Shown here: in pieces, positions 1 to 14,078 of the stretch | Numbering within the stretch: position 1 is the stretch's first letter | Layout: the number at the start of each line of letters is the position of its first letter | From: Seison nebaliae | Lineage: Eukaryota | Reading direction: 5' to 3' | Assembly (NCBI GenBank): GCA_023231475.1 | Contig: JALJEE010003034.1 | Coordinates: 1-64,000 of the forward strand | DNA: 64,000 nucleotides | Notes under the pieces: model-generated | What the model was told of the DNA's origin: nothing | Database searches by the model: none | Seen by the model: the letters and a program-made list of their open reading frames with translations, nothing else | Translations under genes and position numbers: made by a program

Positions 1-31
1 ATATGAACAATATTGGAAGGAAGAAATACAC

Positions 32-217
32 TTGACAATCTTAAAAAAAGTTTCGTACGCAATTGGCAGCATATCCTGCACAAGTTTATGCTGCGAACAA
101 TTTTTTTCATCAGCAGGTAATATTTTTACTGATAAAAGAACTAATCTTACTGATGAGAATCTAGCAATGTTGTCGTTTTTGCACAACAACGCAAATTTCA
201 TTTTGAGATATTGTTAA
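32..217 (+). mobile_element. hAT transposase C-terminal dimerisation-domain remnant
   Basis: CEQFFSSAGNIFTDKRTNLTDENLAMLSFLHNN matches the hAT/ZBED motif sERxFSxaGxixtxxRxxLxxenlxxLxFL; truncated at the window edge. Confidence 0.8.
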
Positions 218-519
218 AGATTTTTTTTATATTATTTTTCATTAAATATATTCTTTATATTATTTTATTTTTTTTTTGTTTAAATAAATTTTGTTCAGTT
301 TTTACATTGTCCGTTTAAAAATTTTAAATTACTTAATTTTCCACTTTTCTGCCCTACGGCAGATTGTCCTATTTTTAACAAGTGAGACAACATCTCGACC
401 ATTCTGTTTGTCGCTTACTATTCGTTCTGTTTTTTGCCAAAATAGAACGAATAGTGTATGTATACGAGGCAAAAACGAGAGTCTGGATTTTTTTCTCTTC
501 CTCTATAAAATCGTTTTAG

Positions 520-790
520 AGCTCTTCGTTTTTGTTACCAAATGGACATCACTACTCCTGGCACAGAGGTATCTGAAAGTAGTTGACTCTGTTCGCAGTT
601 CAACTCTTCCAGTTCAACGTATACACAATGTGAGAGCTTCTCGTCGCCTCTCCAATTTTTCTGCCGTTATTACTCGTTAAATTATCCTCTTTCAATGGAA
701 GACGCTTTATCGGTGACATCTAATTTTGATTTGATCGATCACGTTCCTGAAGCACTCAAGCATTTTATTGTAACGGGCAGGAACCTAATC
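520..790 (+). pseudogene. Degenerate hAT transposase core fragment
   Basis: FVTKWTSLLLAQRYL resembles TRWNStxxMLxRxL; after a frameshift FDLIDHVPEALKHF resembles WxxixxlxxxLxPF. Confidence 0.45.
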
Positions 791-824
791 TTAAATAACT
801 CCTTCAAGGAGTTATCTTTTTTTC

Positions 825-1468
825 TTTTTAATTTACCCCGCTTGGATTTGCTATAAATATAAAAAAAAAAAAAAAAAAAAAAATAATTGTTTCAAATGGT
901 TTTTCTCAAATAAATATTTCTGTCCGAAAAAGCATTTATCGGGTTGAGATCTGTCCGAACAGATATTTACGAAATTGAGAACTGCCCGTAAAAGCGAGTG
1001 GAATCGATTCAAATTATTAATAGAGCTCATTCATTTTACTATCATATCATCGTAATAAGAATCATATGAACTGCAGATTTTTTTCAAAATTTATAAAGAA
1101 ATCGAGTTTGATCCTTCATTCAATCAAGAATCACTTGCACAGTCCTAATAATTAATATTATAAGTACAATAATAAACATGAAAAATATAGATTAAAGTCA
1201 TTCAGATTAAATAGAGATAAGTGGCAATAGTTAATAAAAATGATGTATATCATCCAAAAACAAGAAGTTATGAAATCTTTTGAATATTACTTTGTATTGT
1301 GTACTTAAATTGTGTTAGTATTATTATTTTAACCGATATAATATTTTAACTTTATAAATTTTAAATGTTTTTTTAAAGTCATGATTACATTGATTTTTTA
1401 CAAAAATGATAATTTTTTTTTTTTTTTTATTTATTATAAAATCAAATCCCCTCGGGGTAAATTAAAAT
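825..1468. repeat. Two inverted copies of a poly(A)-tailed ~55-nt element (non-LTR retroelement 3' ends)
   Basis: 825-883 ttaatttaccccgcttggatttg..(A)23 versus the reverse complement of 1413-1468 ttaatttaccccgaggggatttg..(A)16. Confidence 0.55.
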
Positions 1469-1733
1469 ATATTATAAAAAATTTTTAAATATAATATGGA
1501 TTGTGTAAACTTTTAAGCAAAAGAGAATAACAAATAACCCTAACAATTTTTTTAAAGGCATACAATGTGTGATTTCTTAATGAATGAAATGTTCTTACCA
1601 AAAACATATTGTTTTGTATTTTGTATGTGCAATGATGGATATAGTAGAAATCAAAGTGGAAAATATTTATTTTAATTTTCCATTCGAATTTACTTCGAAA
1701 AAAAAGTTGAATTAGTTAGTGAATTTAATAACA

Positions 1734-2337
1734 ATGAGCGACGATTCGTCGTCTTATCATGAAGAATTGAAATCGGGTTTCTCGTTAAACTTATCCAATC
1801 GTCATAATTATTATTAATTTTATACTATTATGTTAAGATTATGATAAAATAGATTTGGAAATTGCAGATTTTGCTCAAGAAGAAGAAAGGTTGAGGAAAG
1901 AATCGGCAAATTGTTTAAATGAAAATACAAAAAAAAAATTTTGCAATTTTCTTTTATTTTAGTGAAGAAAACATTGACCAAATCTAAAAAGTACATTGGT
2001 GAAATTTTAGGTTTGTTTAAGTGTTTTAATTATTATCATAACTCTTCCTCCAATTTTAGTTCAATGTCAACAAGATAATTTCCAAAGTACCTCAGAAACA
2101 AATTCAATTTCAAACTTAACGTTTTTTTAAATTCATTTGTCGTTTTTTCTAAATTGTTTTTTCGATAGATTAACAACTGATCAGTTTGATGATTTTTCGT
2201 TCAAAAACAAAATAGATTATCTGTTTAAATTTTTACAATTAACTTTCATTATTTTTTCTTATTTAACCAGAAACAATTTAAGAATAGAATTACAAAAACG
2301 AGTTGAGTTTAAGAAAACAATCTACAAAGTTATTTAA
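1734..2337 (+). CDS. Small 6-exon hypothetical coiled-coil protein (~115 aa)
   Basis: MSDDSSSYHEELKSDLEIADFAQEEERLRKESANLKKTLTKSKK...RIELQKRVEFKKTIYKVI is obtained by removing five phase-compatible GTT..AG introns. Confidence 0.55.
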
Positions 2338-2685
2338 CATATTTCCCATAAGAAAAAATTGAAAGAAGATTTCATTTTTTGAAGCTGTTGGAGAAAGATG
2401 ATGATTATGAACGATTAAATGATGACAAAAACGATTAAAATTAAAAATATTTCGATGAGAAAGAATAATTGAAATGAACGAATTGATTTGAAAAGAAACT
2501 TGGATTGAAAGTGTCAATGAAATGGATTTGAATGAGAAAAAAACTGAAGGAATATATTTTGCTAATTTCAAACTTTTTCGTAATGGAGTATAGAAAGAAT
2601 TAAATGAAAAATTATAAAAAAAGAAATTCATTTATGATTCAAAAAGAGCAGTCCATATTAAATATTAAAGTTCATCACATTCTTA

Positions 2686-3291
2686 TTAATTAATTGGTTT
2701 AATTGAGTTATTTTTTGATTTATTCATTTCTTTACAAATATTATTCAATTCATTATTTAATTGGAACAAGCGGTGACACATCAATTTTGCTACTTTAGCA
2801 CGGTTTGTTTCATATTCACGTTCCTCTTGTAATTGAAGTAGTGATTGTAATGGTAATTCATTATTATTTATGATATTGTTGTTATTAACATTATGATGCT
2901 TCAATTCTTCATTCTGATTAATGTTATCATCTACGTCAATATCGTTATGCATGTCATTTGTGGACAATTGGACACTCTCATGCAATTGGTCATTCCTTTC
3001 GATAATGTGACGTTTTAATTTATTAAGAATAATGCTCTCATCATCATTATTGGAATGGTGGATGGTAAAAGATTTATGTAATAAATCATTTGAGGGAAAT
3101 GATCGCTTACCTATTAGTTTTAATGGAGATGAATGAAAAATAAACCAAGAAAATAATGGAAGAATATAAAGGAAATTTAATGGAAATTTAAGATAACCCC
3201 AATAAGTTGAATGACTGAATTGTGAGAGAATTGGAGAAATGACAACAATCATCATCATCACCGAAGTGATGACTGTTTGGAGGACTAACAT
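2686..3291 (-). CDS. AKH/GnRH-superfamily neuropeptide precursor (predicted pQFSHSTYW-amide)
   Basis: 23-aa signal-like N-terminus; removing the in-frame 87-nt intron 3197-3111 (GTTATC..AATAG) gives S|QFSHSTYW-GKR; two Cys near the C-terminus. Confidence 0.75.
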   Translation of the reverse strand: MLVLQTVITSVMMMIVVISPILSQFSHSTYWGYLKFPLNFLYILPLFSWFIFHSSPLKLIGKRSFPSNDLLHKSFTIHHSNNDDESIILNKLKRHIIERNDQLHESVQLSTNDMHNDIDVDDNINQNEELKHHNVNNNNIINNNELPLQSLLQLQEEREYETNRAKVAKLMCHRLFQLNNELNNICKEMNKSKNNSIKPIN

Positions 3292-3951
3292 CGAAATAAG
3301 ATTTAAAGGAGTGTTTGATTGATTGAGAATGAAATTAGATTGGGAGGAGAACTGAGATTTTTATTTGATAAATGACGAACGTGAATAAATCTAAATAATA
3401 ATGAAAAAGAAATTTTAATAGAATAATGAGAATTGAACGTACTCGTCGTCTGGTGTGGAAAAGAAGGAGAAAAATGAATAATATGTTTATTTCGTTGAAA
3501 CATTGGAGAAAGCGACTCCTAATTCAAATGAGTGTGAGGTGAAGTTGAAGAAAATAACGGGAAAAAACATTAATTATTTTCTGAAGAAAAGATACGATGG
3601 AAAAAGGAATAAGAAGGTGGAAATTTAGGTAAGTGAGAATTACCTTTGATATGATGATAACATACGATACGTATCGACAAATCATTGGACATAGAACAGA
3701 AGAATTTTGATGTTTCACACAGAGCTAATAATTATCAATGCTTTCGCAAACTAGATTTATTGACGAATTATTTTATATTATTGATAATCGAATGGTGTAT
3801 GCATGAAATGAGGAGAATATATAAAAACGATAAAAATAATATAAGAAAAATTGGGGAAATTTTCCAGAAGTGCAAAATTTGGAAGGAAGTTTTATCGAAT
3901 AAAAATTATCACTTTTTTCCCCCGAATTTTTAATTAGCTTTTCCCTTTTAA

Positions 3952-4844
3952 TTAATCGGACTCGGAATCGATGTCTGAATCGGAATCAAAATTTCCGAAT
4001 TTATTATTCTTCCGAATTTCATGCCGTTTCAATTGGAAATGGCGTCTTGGATCTTCTGTTAGTTCACTGTTCTCTATCGCATTCATTTCTTTCAATTTCC
4101 ATTCCAAATCTACTTCCCGTAATTCGACCTTATGTGAATTCGTTTCTCCCAACATCTGCCCTCCAATTAACTGTTTCTTCAATTCTCCATTCTTGTAATG
4201 AAATATTGCAGGAAGATTAGTAGGCGGAAAATTTGGTACACATGTTGACGCAATACTCCTAATAAATTTTGTTTCTTGGAATTTGGGTGCCAGTAAGTCA
4301 AAATATTTGTTAATCGCTTCACAAATCGGAATTCTTCCAACAAAAAATTAAGGAACATATAATTGAAATGGAATGAAAGACCAACCCATTTTCATACAAA
4401 TGAAGAACAACATTAACATCATCACCAGCATCATTCACTTGAGATTTGTAGTCTGATGCTGTAATTTGAATACAACGACCAAATCTCTTCCGTCTGTTAC
4501 TCTCCACCAATTCTTTCATTCTTTGTTGTCTAATTATTTCATCTATAAACTTTTAATCCAATTTAGGAGAATGTGTGAACTTGTACTTCAGAAATATTTC
4601 ATCGTCAATATCATCTTCATTCTCGTTTAATTCATCTAATTTCATCTCTTCCGGTTTCTTATCTAATTGAAGGGTCAAAATAACAGTTTGGGATTAAGGA
4701 CAAAATAGTTCTCCAACCATCCTTCGTATATTTCTTTACAGTTTCATCGATTATAGCTATGACATCTTCTTCTGTAATTCCTTTTTCTTTCTCTGGAATA
4801 ATTCCAAAACGACGCAGTTGATCATTCCATTCTGTATCTTCCAT
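3952..4844 (-). CDS. PDCL3: Phosducin-like protein 3 (VIAF/PhLP2A)
   Basis: EDTEWNDQLRRFGIIPEKE, FGRCIQITASDYKSQV..VVLHLY, C-terminal DSDSDIDSESD; several short introns. Confidence 0.85.
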
Positions 4845-5532
4845 TTCTTCCAATTAGCTTATCAAACTAAATGCGTTTAATTCCTTACTCATCATCTCTT
4901 TTTTGGTTTTAGATACTACGTATGATGAATAAAATTTTCCTTTAATTCTTCAGTAGTTCTACATTGATATAAACAATTTTTAAGCTTCAACCATCTGACC
5001 AAAAAAATGCACAGATTATAAAAATTTATTTAGAATAACGTTTTTTAATTATATGATTAATAATTATAATCTTCTGAAACCGAAGTTATTTTTATAAAAA
5101 GTTATAAGCATAAACTTATAGTATTTAGGTTCTAAATACTTAAATCTTTACTTATATATATAACCTAAATTTTAGGTATTAAATAATAATAATAAACGTT
5201 AGAAATTAGATGATATCACGTTTTCTTTTTAAGGTTAATAAATTCTTAACATAGTATTCATACTTTAATAGAATAGTTCCTTATTTCGTTTATAAGAAAT
5301 CCAAATTAAATAAATATAATAATATAATGAAAATTGTGGTCAGGAGAAGGGAAAGATGGAGGAATGAAAAGTAATTGGTATAACTGCTTGGTTTGTCAGA
5401 TGAATATGAATGAGGAATATAACTATGAGAGATATGTACATTGAAAATTTTGCAACATAATTCCAAATGATAAAATGAATTAGTTTAGTTCTGTATCGAT
5501 ATCACCGGATTTATTAAAAATCATTATATTCG

Positions 5533-8306
5533 TCAATATTCATTTGGTATATCTAATATTTTTCGAAGAGCTTCTTGCAATTGTATATCTCCGATTTTCC
5601 TGGCAGTTCCTAATTAACGAATTGATAAGAATGATCGATAATTAAACAAACTTGCCGTATGAGAATTGGCTTTTTCAAATAAAGAATCACCAAAACAATC
5701 ATAAGTTTCACCTACCAATTTAGTAAAATTGGCTAACGTTTCGCCTTTCATCACTGAAGCAATCTGGCTCAAATTATTGAAAATTACAGGAAAAACATGT
5801 AATTCGATCGCTAAAATTTCGGAATAAATTTTCATTATTTGCCCATGAACAAAAAGAAACAACAAAATGAAAACCTTTTTGCTTCGATAGTTTTTGTCTC
5901 GCCAAATTATGAACTATATTTGCCAAATTTCCAAATAACTCAGGTAGTTTCCTTTTGTTATTTTGTTGCGATATGGTGCTCAATGGCTGTATTAATTGAG
6001 AGTTATCTATTTGGAATTATCAATTTAAAAGAAAGATTGATATAGAATAACCGATATATTTTACCATTGTACGAAGTATTTCAGATGCTTTTCGCTGATG
6101 ACTTTTTTGCTGAGAGGCAAGATTATTACAAATCTATTTAATGAAACAATTCACTTTATATTGTTGAAATGAATGAAAATTAAACAGCAGGAATGGCATT
6201 TGATAGAATTGGAGTCATCTCGTCTGCTAAAACTGGTACTAGTTGGTGCATAGATTCTAATGCAGAAAGACATACTTTAGAATTGGAATCATTTAAACAA
6301 CATGTAAATTTATCGAAAATCTATAGATGAAATTTATGAATTCAAATCATATGTAATTTATAATTAAACTTGTATTAAGGCATTATTTTCTCGATATCTA
6401 TCATCGGTTTCGCAACCTATTTGGAATTTCTCAATAGCACTTTGTCTCTCTCGGAAATTAGAACTTGCCATCTCATCGCATAATGTTCGTACTTTTTCAT
6501 TATATTCCTCTTTGCTAAAACGAGGACCATCATTCTTTCTTCTTATTGATGAACGCATATGAGACTTATTTAATATCTTTCTATCATAATCATGTTCGAG
6601 TCTCGAAGAGTCTTTTGATCTCAACATTTCTATTGATTCATTAACACTTGGTGTCCTCTCCACCGTATGATTATTGAGATGCTGATTAAAGTTAATCGAA
6701 GCATTTAATCCTGGCAACGATTTTGCACTATTGGTAGATCCCAGACTACCAATTCCTTCGTCACTTAACGTCGCAGTAGATATAGCTCTTGTATAACCGT
6801 TGCCTCTTGCACTATTCACCACTGATGATAAACCAGATGATGGTAATTTCCTTAAAGAAGGTGACTGCGTCAAATTTCTAATGGGCTTCGCTGAATCAGT
6901 AGGAAATACACCAGGTCCTTTCGATTTAATTGTTTGTACTTTACTTTGAATATATTTTTGAGTATTCGCCGGAAGGAATCGGTTAAAGGCACGATCAAAT
7001 TCATCCGGTGATAATGACTTAATTAATAAATCATAAATTGAACGACCATAATATCGAATTTCGGCAGAAGCATCACTCATAAATGTAGCGCCTATTCCAA
7101 ATAAACGTTCACCCAAATCCTTGGTTGAACTGGGACCAGCACTGTTACTGGAATTGTGCACAAGTTTACTTATGTTAATTCTATTGGAACATATGGCGAA
7201 TATATATTGAGCTGTGACACATCTCACTGCTGTGTTCTTGTGACTTCCACCATGCGTTATTAGACATGCAAGAAAACGATTCGCATTTATATTCTCCGAT
7301 AAACTATCCAAAGTTTGTAAAACATCGTTCCTAATAAATTCAATACTTTCCCCACTCTTATGGAGCAGAGTAGCAATAACTAAATCGATATCGGACTCCA
7401 ATTGTCTCTTCAAAAAACCAGACATATAACCAATGGTGCTAATAGCATATCGTGCCACTTGAGATCTTAAATTTTTTACCTTTATAATTTTTATAGTCAA
7501 ATAATTTTTTTTTTTTAAAAAAAAGTTCATTTAACTTCTTTTGTTAAAGCAACCATTATTGGATGGATTTGTCCTTGTAATGTATTAGAATGATGTGTCG
7601 CTAAACGGCGAAATATTGTCATAGAAAGATTTTTCTTTTCCCTAATTAAAAGAATGGTCGATAAACACAAAGTCTTAGAAATTGTCAAACCAATCTTCCA
7701 ATTTAATGAAATCGAGTGCATCATGCAACATTGCGTCGGGGTTGTTATATGGTTTCATAGAATTATCTTGGGAAGATGGTCTAGTTGTTGGAATATGTTT
7801 CTTATGGTTATTAATGGTCACAGAATTTTGCCTCTTCAATTTTGAATTCGAGCTAAAAAATTTTTCAAATGACATTATTTGATAAGTTTGAAAACGGTGT
7901 ATAACCCTAATTCCACATTTGACACAATGGAGATACTTGAAGATGTGGCATGTAAATTATGTTTTATATTTGATGATGTAGGTGGCAAATTCATGATAGG
8001 AGTCTGTCGTTTTCTTGCTGAAGAAGAATTGGATGATGGTAATGATCGAAGATTTGGTAATATCGTCGGAGATGGTTTCAGTTTTTGATCATAACTTCTG
8101 TCCATACTATAAAATTGATCTTGTTTCTTCATCGGTCGTATCGGACGGTCATCGTAATTTGAAGATTCATGAGTTGGTTTCCCATCCGAAACCTTTTCCT
8201 TTTGATGTATTTGCTTGACGGATGGTACGGATTGTGTTTGCACTGGCTCCACATTGATGCGTCGTGGAGTGACGACAGGAGCAGCACTACTCGCTCCAGT
8301 TCCCAT
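5533..8306 (-). CDS. TOGARAM: TOG-array axonemal protein, crescerin/FAM179 family (two TOG domains)
   Basis: VKNLRSQVARYAI, FIRNDV, GGSHKNTAVR, DASAEIRYYGR, IFDKFTCCLNDSNSKVCLSALE; N-terminus MGTGASS. Confidence 0.8.
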
Positions 8307-9549
8307 GGTTAACAGGTCATTTGAAATATCTTAATGAGAATGGAGTAAAATTCATGAGATTCGATATGAAGTTGAATATTAATGAAATTAAGAAAGAATA
8401 GTTTTGTTTTTTTTTAAGTATTTATTAGGATTATTTATCGTATTAAAGAATTTCAAACTAAAAAATTGGAAGGAAACTATTTATGAGAAGAATCAACAAG
8501 AAATTTATAGTTTTTCCTTTGTACATTCAAATTATAAATGTTCTCCTGCTAATAATTAATTGGAGACTGATATTACATAATATTATTATATGGAATTGTA
8601 TATATATAAATATATGTATCGACAAGTTTATATATCACTTTCTTAATAAGCGAACTTATAGATGACGATAATAATTTATGAGATGTAACACTTTCAATTA
8701 TTACGACATGCAACTTTACCAGAAAAACAAGTTATTTCTCCAACTATAAATTCTTTCTCTACATCTCCAATGGAAAGGGAGTTGGCAGGTATAATAACAA
8801 TGTCTTACATATCACTGACGAATGGTCATTTCAATGTTGCGTCGATACTTTTGTATTTCTTGGTCGAATTGCTCGCTCGTTAGTTACAAGGTTCCATTTC
8901 CAATTCGATTGCTCGACCGTGTTAAAAGCAATGTATGGGAAATGTACATGTAGACGTGTATCATGGAAAGACTCATTAATGTTCTACGTTTCTCAAAACC
9001 AACTTTCTATTTTTGTTAATTTCATACGAAAAAAATTTTCCAGAGAGATAAAGTTTCCAATGAAATTAACGAAAAAAGTTTACGAAATATATTTCTCTTC
9101 TAATCATTCGATTTATTAGTTATGAGAGGAATCATTTTCCTCAATTCATTAGTTGCCACTTATGGTTCAGTTGGGAAAGGAGAAATATTGAGTAGATGAA
9201 ATGTTACCAATTCCACTTTTTTTTCGAAAAAAAAGTCACGAAATACGGAAACAACGGAATGACTTTAAGTCATATAAATGCAGCGAATATATTTTCCTGC
9301 TCATATTTTAAAAGAGGTCATGGCAATGTTTCAAACAACAAACTTTTCAACATCTTCTAAAAATTGGAAAGAAGAATATTATTCGGATTCTCTTCTCACA
9401 TGTTCTCTACGCTCATATAGACAGTATTGGGAAAACAAATTAAATTTTGATTACTTGGAGGAGGGAATTTTGGAAGACGAATAATTTTTGATAAAATTTT
9501 CTTATATGTCAATGACTATATTTCCATTGAACAAGGAACATGAAGAATG

Positions 9550-12078
9550 AAAGAATGACGATCGACTGATAAGAACATTTATAGAGAAATAAAATCTCAT
9601 GATAGAAAGTTCATTCGTCAAATATAACCTGTTAAGTCCAAATTATTTTTACTTTCACTTCTCGACTGAATTTTTTGGACTGTTTTCAATTTCAAGTTTT
9701 TCGTCAATGAAGCACTCAACATAATATTGCCAGGGGAAGGTTTCTAAAAGAAAGGAAAAAATAGAATCGATTTTTAACCAAAATGCTAATAGGAAATATT
9801 AATCGAATTATTCCTCATTTAATTATTAATGAAGTTTTATTAAATGTTAAACGATCAATTGACTATAAATGTGAGTTGTCTAGAGTTAAAAGTATCGAAG
9901 AATAACTTTAATCTCGTCATTGTGACTGGATGTTATTGTTAACGAAGATGTTGAATCAAGTTCTTCATCATCTTCATTCAAAGTTGAGGAATAGGTCGAA
10001 GAGTAGGATGAAGAATCCTTGTCGGTGGAAGCGGATGTAGCAGAGGAAGTGGTTGACGATATTGTTCTTGACTCACTTGTCGAATCGTCGTCGTTTGAAC
10101 TTTCATTTCGTTGAATTAGACGATTATTCTTCGAAGATGATTGCAACTTTTTATCTTCGCTATTCAGCTTCGGTAAACGAACGCTTTTATTAGAAAAATT
10201 TTGTTTTCTGTTTGAATAAGAAGAAAAGGATTTATGAAAAAATGAGGAAGAATTTAACTTGACATTTGGCAATCTGTCTCCACGTCTTTCATAGGAATCT
10301 CTATAACAGAATAATTTCATTTCATAAAAACGGAATGATAAACTTTCGATTTTCATTATTTAATTTCTTTCCCAATTGGTTGTTCTGTTGTTGATGCACG
10401 ACGAATTCGTTCTCCTTGTTTCCTGCTACCGGGGTTTTGCGTTTCGTTCGATTGATCGGTGGTTGACTGGCATTGTAAGATGTAAGGGAAAATTTAGTTT
10501 GGGAGAAACGTCGAGATGCCTTCATTGAAGAATCGTTTATGTCACGAAAAGCTTTATCAGTTTGATGAACAAGATTTTGTTGTTTCTCCTTCCACAATGA
10601 TGGTTGTACTTGATATAATGATAAATCGTTGTTCTTCTGGTAATTATGTTGGTTGTGTGAAATGTTCGATTGATGTATATTATGTCGATTCGATTCCTTT
10701 AAATCAGCATTATTATTATTTAACATTTTCTTGTTACGATATGGGTTGAAATCATCACCAATTTCATCGTCATCGTCGTAGTCTATAAAATCATCAGCAA
10801 CAACATTAATCGTTTTATATTCATTATCATCGTCAACGTCATCAATAAAATTACCATTAGAAATTGTGGAATTATAAGAATGATTTACGTAGAATGATTT
10901 GTCAATATGATTCGTCTTATGATTGTGCTTCTTGTTGTACTTAATGTGATGTAATTGATTATTCTCATTATTGTTCTCAAATGCGCCGTCGATATGCGGC
11001 TTTTCATTTCCCATTATGTTTTGCGGTTCCTCATTATGTTGATGTTGCTTCATTTGTTGTCTCTTATTATTGTACGCATCGTAATGTCGTTCATATTCAT
11101 CGTTGTGATAATGTTCTTCGTGAAGCTGTTCAGGTTGATGATGAAAATTTGATTTCATATCGGTCGTTACATCAGAATTTCTTCGTGAATTATCACCAAC
11201 TCTCTCATGCAATTGTTCCCGACGAACGTTCATGAATTGAGATGTTGTTGGCTCGGTCGATTCTATCCATTTCCTTCCACTGGATTTAATTTTCTTTAGT
11301 GAAGGATTTCGTTTTAGCGAAGCAGCTCTTTTGAAATACAAAAGGTTTTCACCGTTTGTTTTGAAGGATTCCTCACCTTGGTTTCTGAAAGGAGTGGAAA
11401 GGATTAATGAAAATTATGAATACGAATCAAAGGAAAAACAACAAAAATTAAGTGAATGGAAATAATTTCCATCTTATAGATGTTGGTGGAATAAGGAAAT
11501 AAGTGAAAATCGATTTTGTTCACCTTGAAACGAGTCACAGGGACTGCTCCCACTCCTACCACATTACCAGTCTGCCTTAATAAGAACTTTTCTATCGATT
11601 TAATACGAAAAATGCAGGAAATACATCGAAATTGAATGAAAAAAAAAGAAATTGATAACATTTTCCGATTCAATTGTCATAATTATTATAACAAATATCA
11701 TCAGCTTACATGATTAATATCATGGGAGGACCAATTGGTTTTTATTGAATGGACATAAAATAAAAATAAAATTTGACATTTTAATTATATTAATTGAACT
11801 GATATAATTCGATAATTGAAAGAAGACGAAAGAAGAGAAAGGAAGAAGAGGCGAAAGAAGGAAAATTTTGAAGAAATTATTAACTTTGATACTGTTGCAG
11901 AAATGTTGCCATTCCTTTCGAATAATCTTGATGCTTTTTTTCTTGTAGCCGAAGCACGCGCTTGTCCACTGTTTTGTCGAATATTTGCATTTTCTTCACG
12001 ATTCAATGACGTCGTTGATGGTGAGGTAGGAGATTCATAAATATTCTTTCTGATTAGACATTCGGTAGATTCGTTCAT
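9550..12078 (-). CDS. Uncharacterised multi-exon low-complexity (N/H/S/D-rich) protein; ends approximate
   Basis: ORFs 11785-12078, 10322-11341 and 9886-10356 are joinable by short GTT..AG introns (e.g. NRK|DSY junction); no recognisable domain. Confidence 0.5.
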
Positions 12079-13603
12079 CCAGATGAATATAACGTTAATT
12101 TAACACTATGATCATGAGAGTACTATCAGGAAAGAAGAATGGAAGTAGGAATCTTTAAGGTTTTCTTAAGTCACAAAAGTGATTGTGTGAATGATAGAAA
12201 AAAATAGAACAAAAAACATTCCTATGGAAGATGACTGCCAACACTCATTGAATTATTTCCTCGGTGGTCGTGAAGGTCAGAAGGAAAAGAAGATTATTCC
12301 ACTTTTTGTCATGGCAACTAACGATGGATGATCTAATAATGGTGATAAAACATATGAAAGGACTAAAGATATTTTAAGATGAATTAAGGATGAACTGTTC
12401 AATTATTATTCATGATTCATTTACATACAAAACATATCATAAATCATCATTACATCATTTCACATCGTATACCCATGAGACATGTCCCACAATTATTACT
12501 CACAATTCTCGTCCATTCATAATTACTCATCTTTCTTCAGTTCGAATCATCCTCTCATTAATAAGTAGCTAATACGGAGTGTGAATAAAGGACAAATCAA
12601 TTTGACTTGAAAAAAAAATAAAAACATTCCTTCAGCACCATTAAGATATGGTGATGGGATATTGAGCCATTTCTCATTTTGGACTGCTAGCCAATGCCAA
12701 ATAAATTATGTAGTTATGACAACAAAAGGAAGAAATACAAAACGAACAGAGTCAAAAAGAAAAATTTTTGAAGAAAGACAACAGTCAAATCGACCACGAT
12801 GACGAAAATTTTTAAGGAAAATAATAGAAGATGTCGTTGAAAACTTTCGATACTACAGTTAGAACTAGGGAGGAAAACATTTCCCAGAAAAGTCTTCTTC
12901 CTCTCTCTATTCGCCAATTCCATATATATTTCGATTCCTCATTCCGTATAAAACTTTTTTTAAATATAAGTTGATTGACATAATGGAACGAAATACATAA
13001 TTTCATTCAATGGAAGGGAAGGAGTACTAAACCAACTGTTCCACTGTCCCGTTAAAACACAATTTCCCCCAAATATAAAAGTGAGTTGTTATCGAAATAT
13101 TCAACAACAAAAGAAAGAAGAATAAACTGAAAAAATAAAATTTTTCTGCATTCGACAAATTAACCGGAAGCAGTCATTCATGTAAATCTCCATAGAAACA
13201 TTTTTGACTACATCCGTGGTCCAGGTGTTCCATTCAATAGAATACAATCCTTTCTTTGTTTTCCAAACTTAATATCAATGTTATAGACTTAATGAACGGA
13301 GAATAATAAAAATGACTTTAAAAAAATGAAAATTTTCGGAAAGAATTTCTTTAAAAAAATTGTGAACCGTTAAAACCGTTCTGGAATACACTTGTAGTCA
13401 ATTAACGATAATTTTCTACAAAAATTTCTAATTTCCTTATTTTTTATTTATCAAAGTTGAAGGATTTATTCTCGTACGTTGAACAATAACAAAAAATTAT
13501 TCGCAATCATAACTATTAACTTAACGCAATCGGAATTAATTTGTTGATTTCAAAAAATATAGTAAAACACAAAAAATTTTATTAAAAAACAATTGACAGT
13601 AAA

Positions 13604-14008
13604 TTAATTATCGTTTTTAAGTTTCTCTTTTAATTGTATTGCATCAACTGACTCAGCTATAAAAGTCTCTTTCAGAATTATGTTGTCTTCACATCCAATC
13701 GGATTTTTATTATAATTCTTCAAATTCATCAATTCCATCGCCTTCTCATATTGCTGTTTCGTGAGAGATTCAGCTGATTTGTTCGCCACTTGATTGAAAT
13801 AAACTTCAACATCATCTTTCGTTATGAATGTATCAAATTCCAAATCGTTCTCGCGTGAACTCTCCAAATTCTCGAAATAAGAAATAATGTAATCGATAGG
13901 CTTCTCCGGCTGGTCATACAGTAATCGAGAAGTCAAGTTGTCGAACAATTGTAAAATACAATTCTTCTCCAAATAACTTTTAGCAATCGATTCCGTTGAT
14001 GATGACAT
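13604..14008 (-). CDS. EFCAB10: RIIa-like dimerisation domain plus EF-hand protein (EFCAB10-like)
   Basis: AKSYLEKNCILQLFDNLTSRLLYDQPEKPIDYII, then LTKQQYEKAMELM; intronless, 134 aa. Confidence 0.7.
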   Translation of the reverse strand: MSSSTESIAKSYLEKNCILQLFDNLTSRLLYDQPEKPIDYIISYFENLESSRENDLEFDTFITKDDVEVYFNQVANKSAESLTKQQYEKAMELMNLKNYNKNPIGCEDNIILKETFIAESVDAIQLKEKLKNDN

Positions 14009-14078
14009 GTTTAAAGTGAATTACTTAACGCTCCAACTAATCCAATTGATACAAAAACTTCACTCAATATGAATTGTT

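Noticed and set aside
10516..11235. Short antisense ORFs here and throughout the ORF track
   Set aside because: Shadows of real genes on the opposite strand, or AT-rich noise
9886..11341. Overlapping ORFs as programmed frameshifting
   Set aside because: Explained by a short GTT..AG intron
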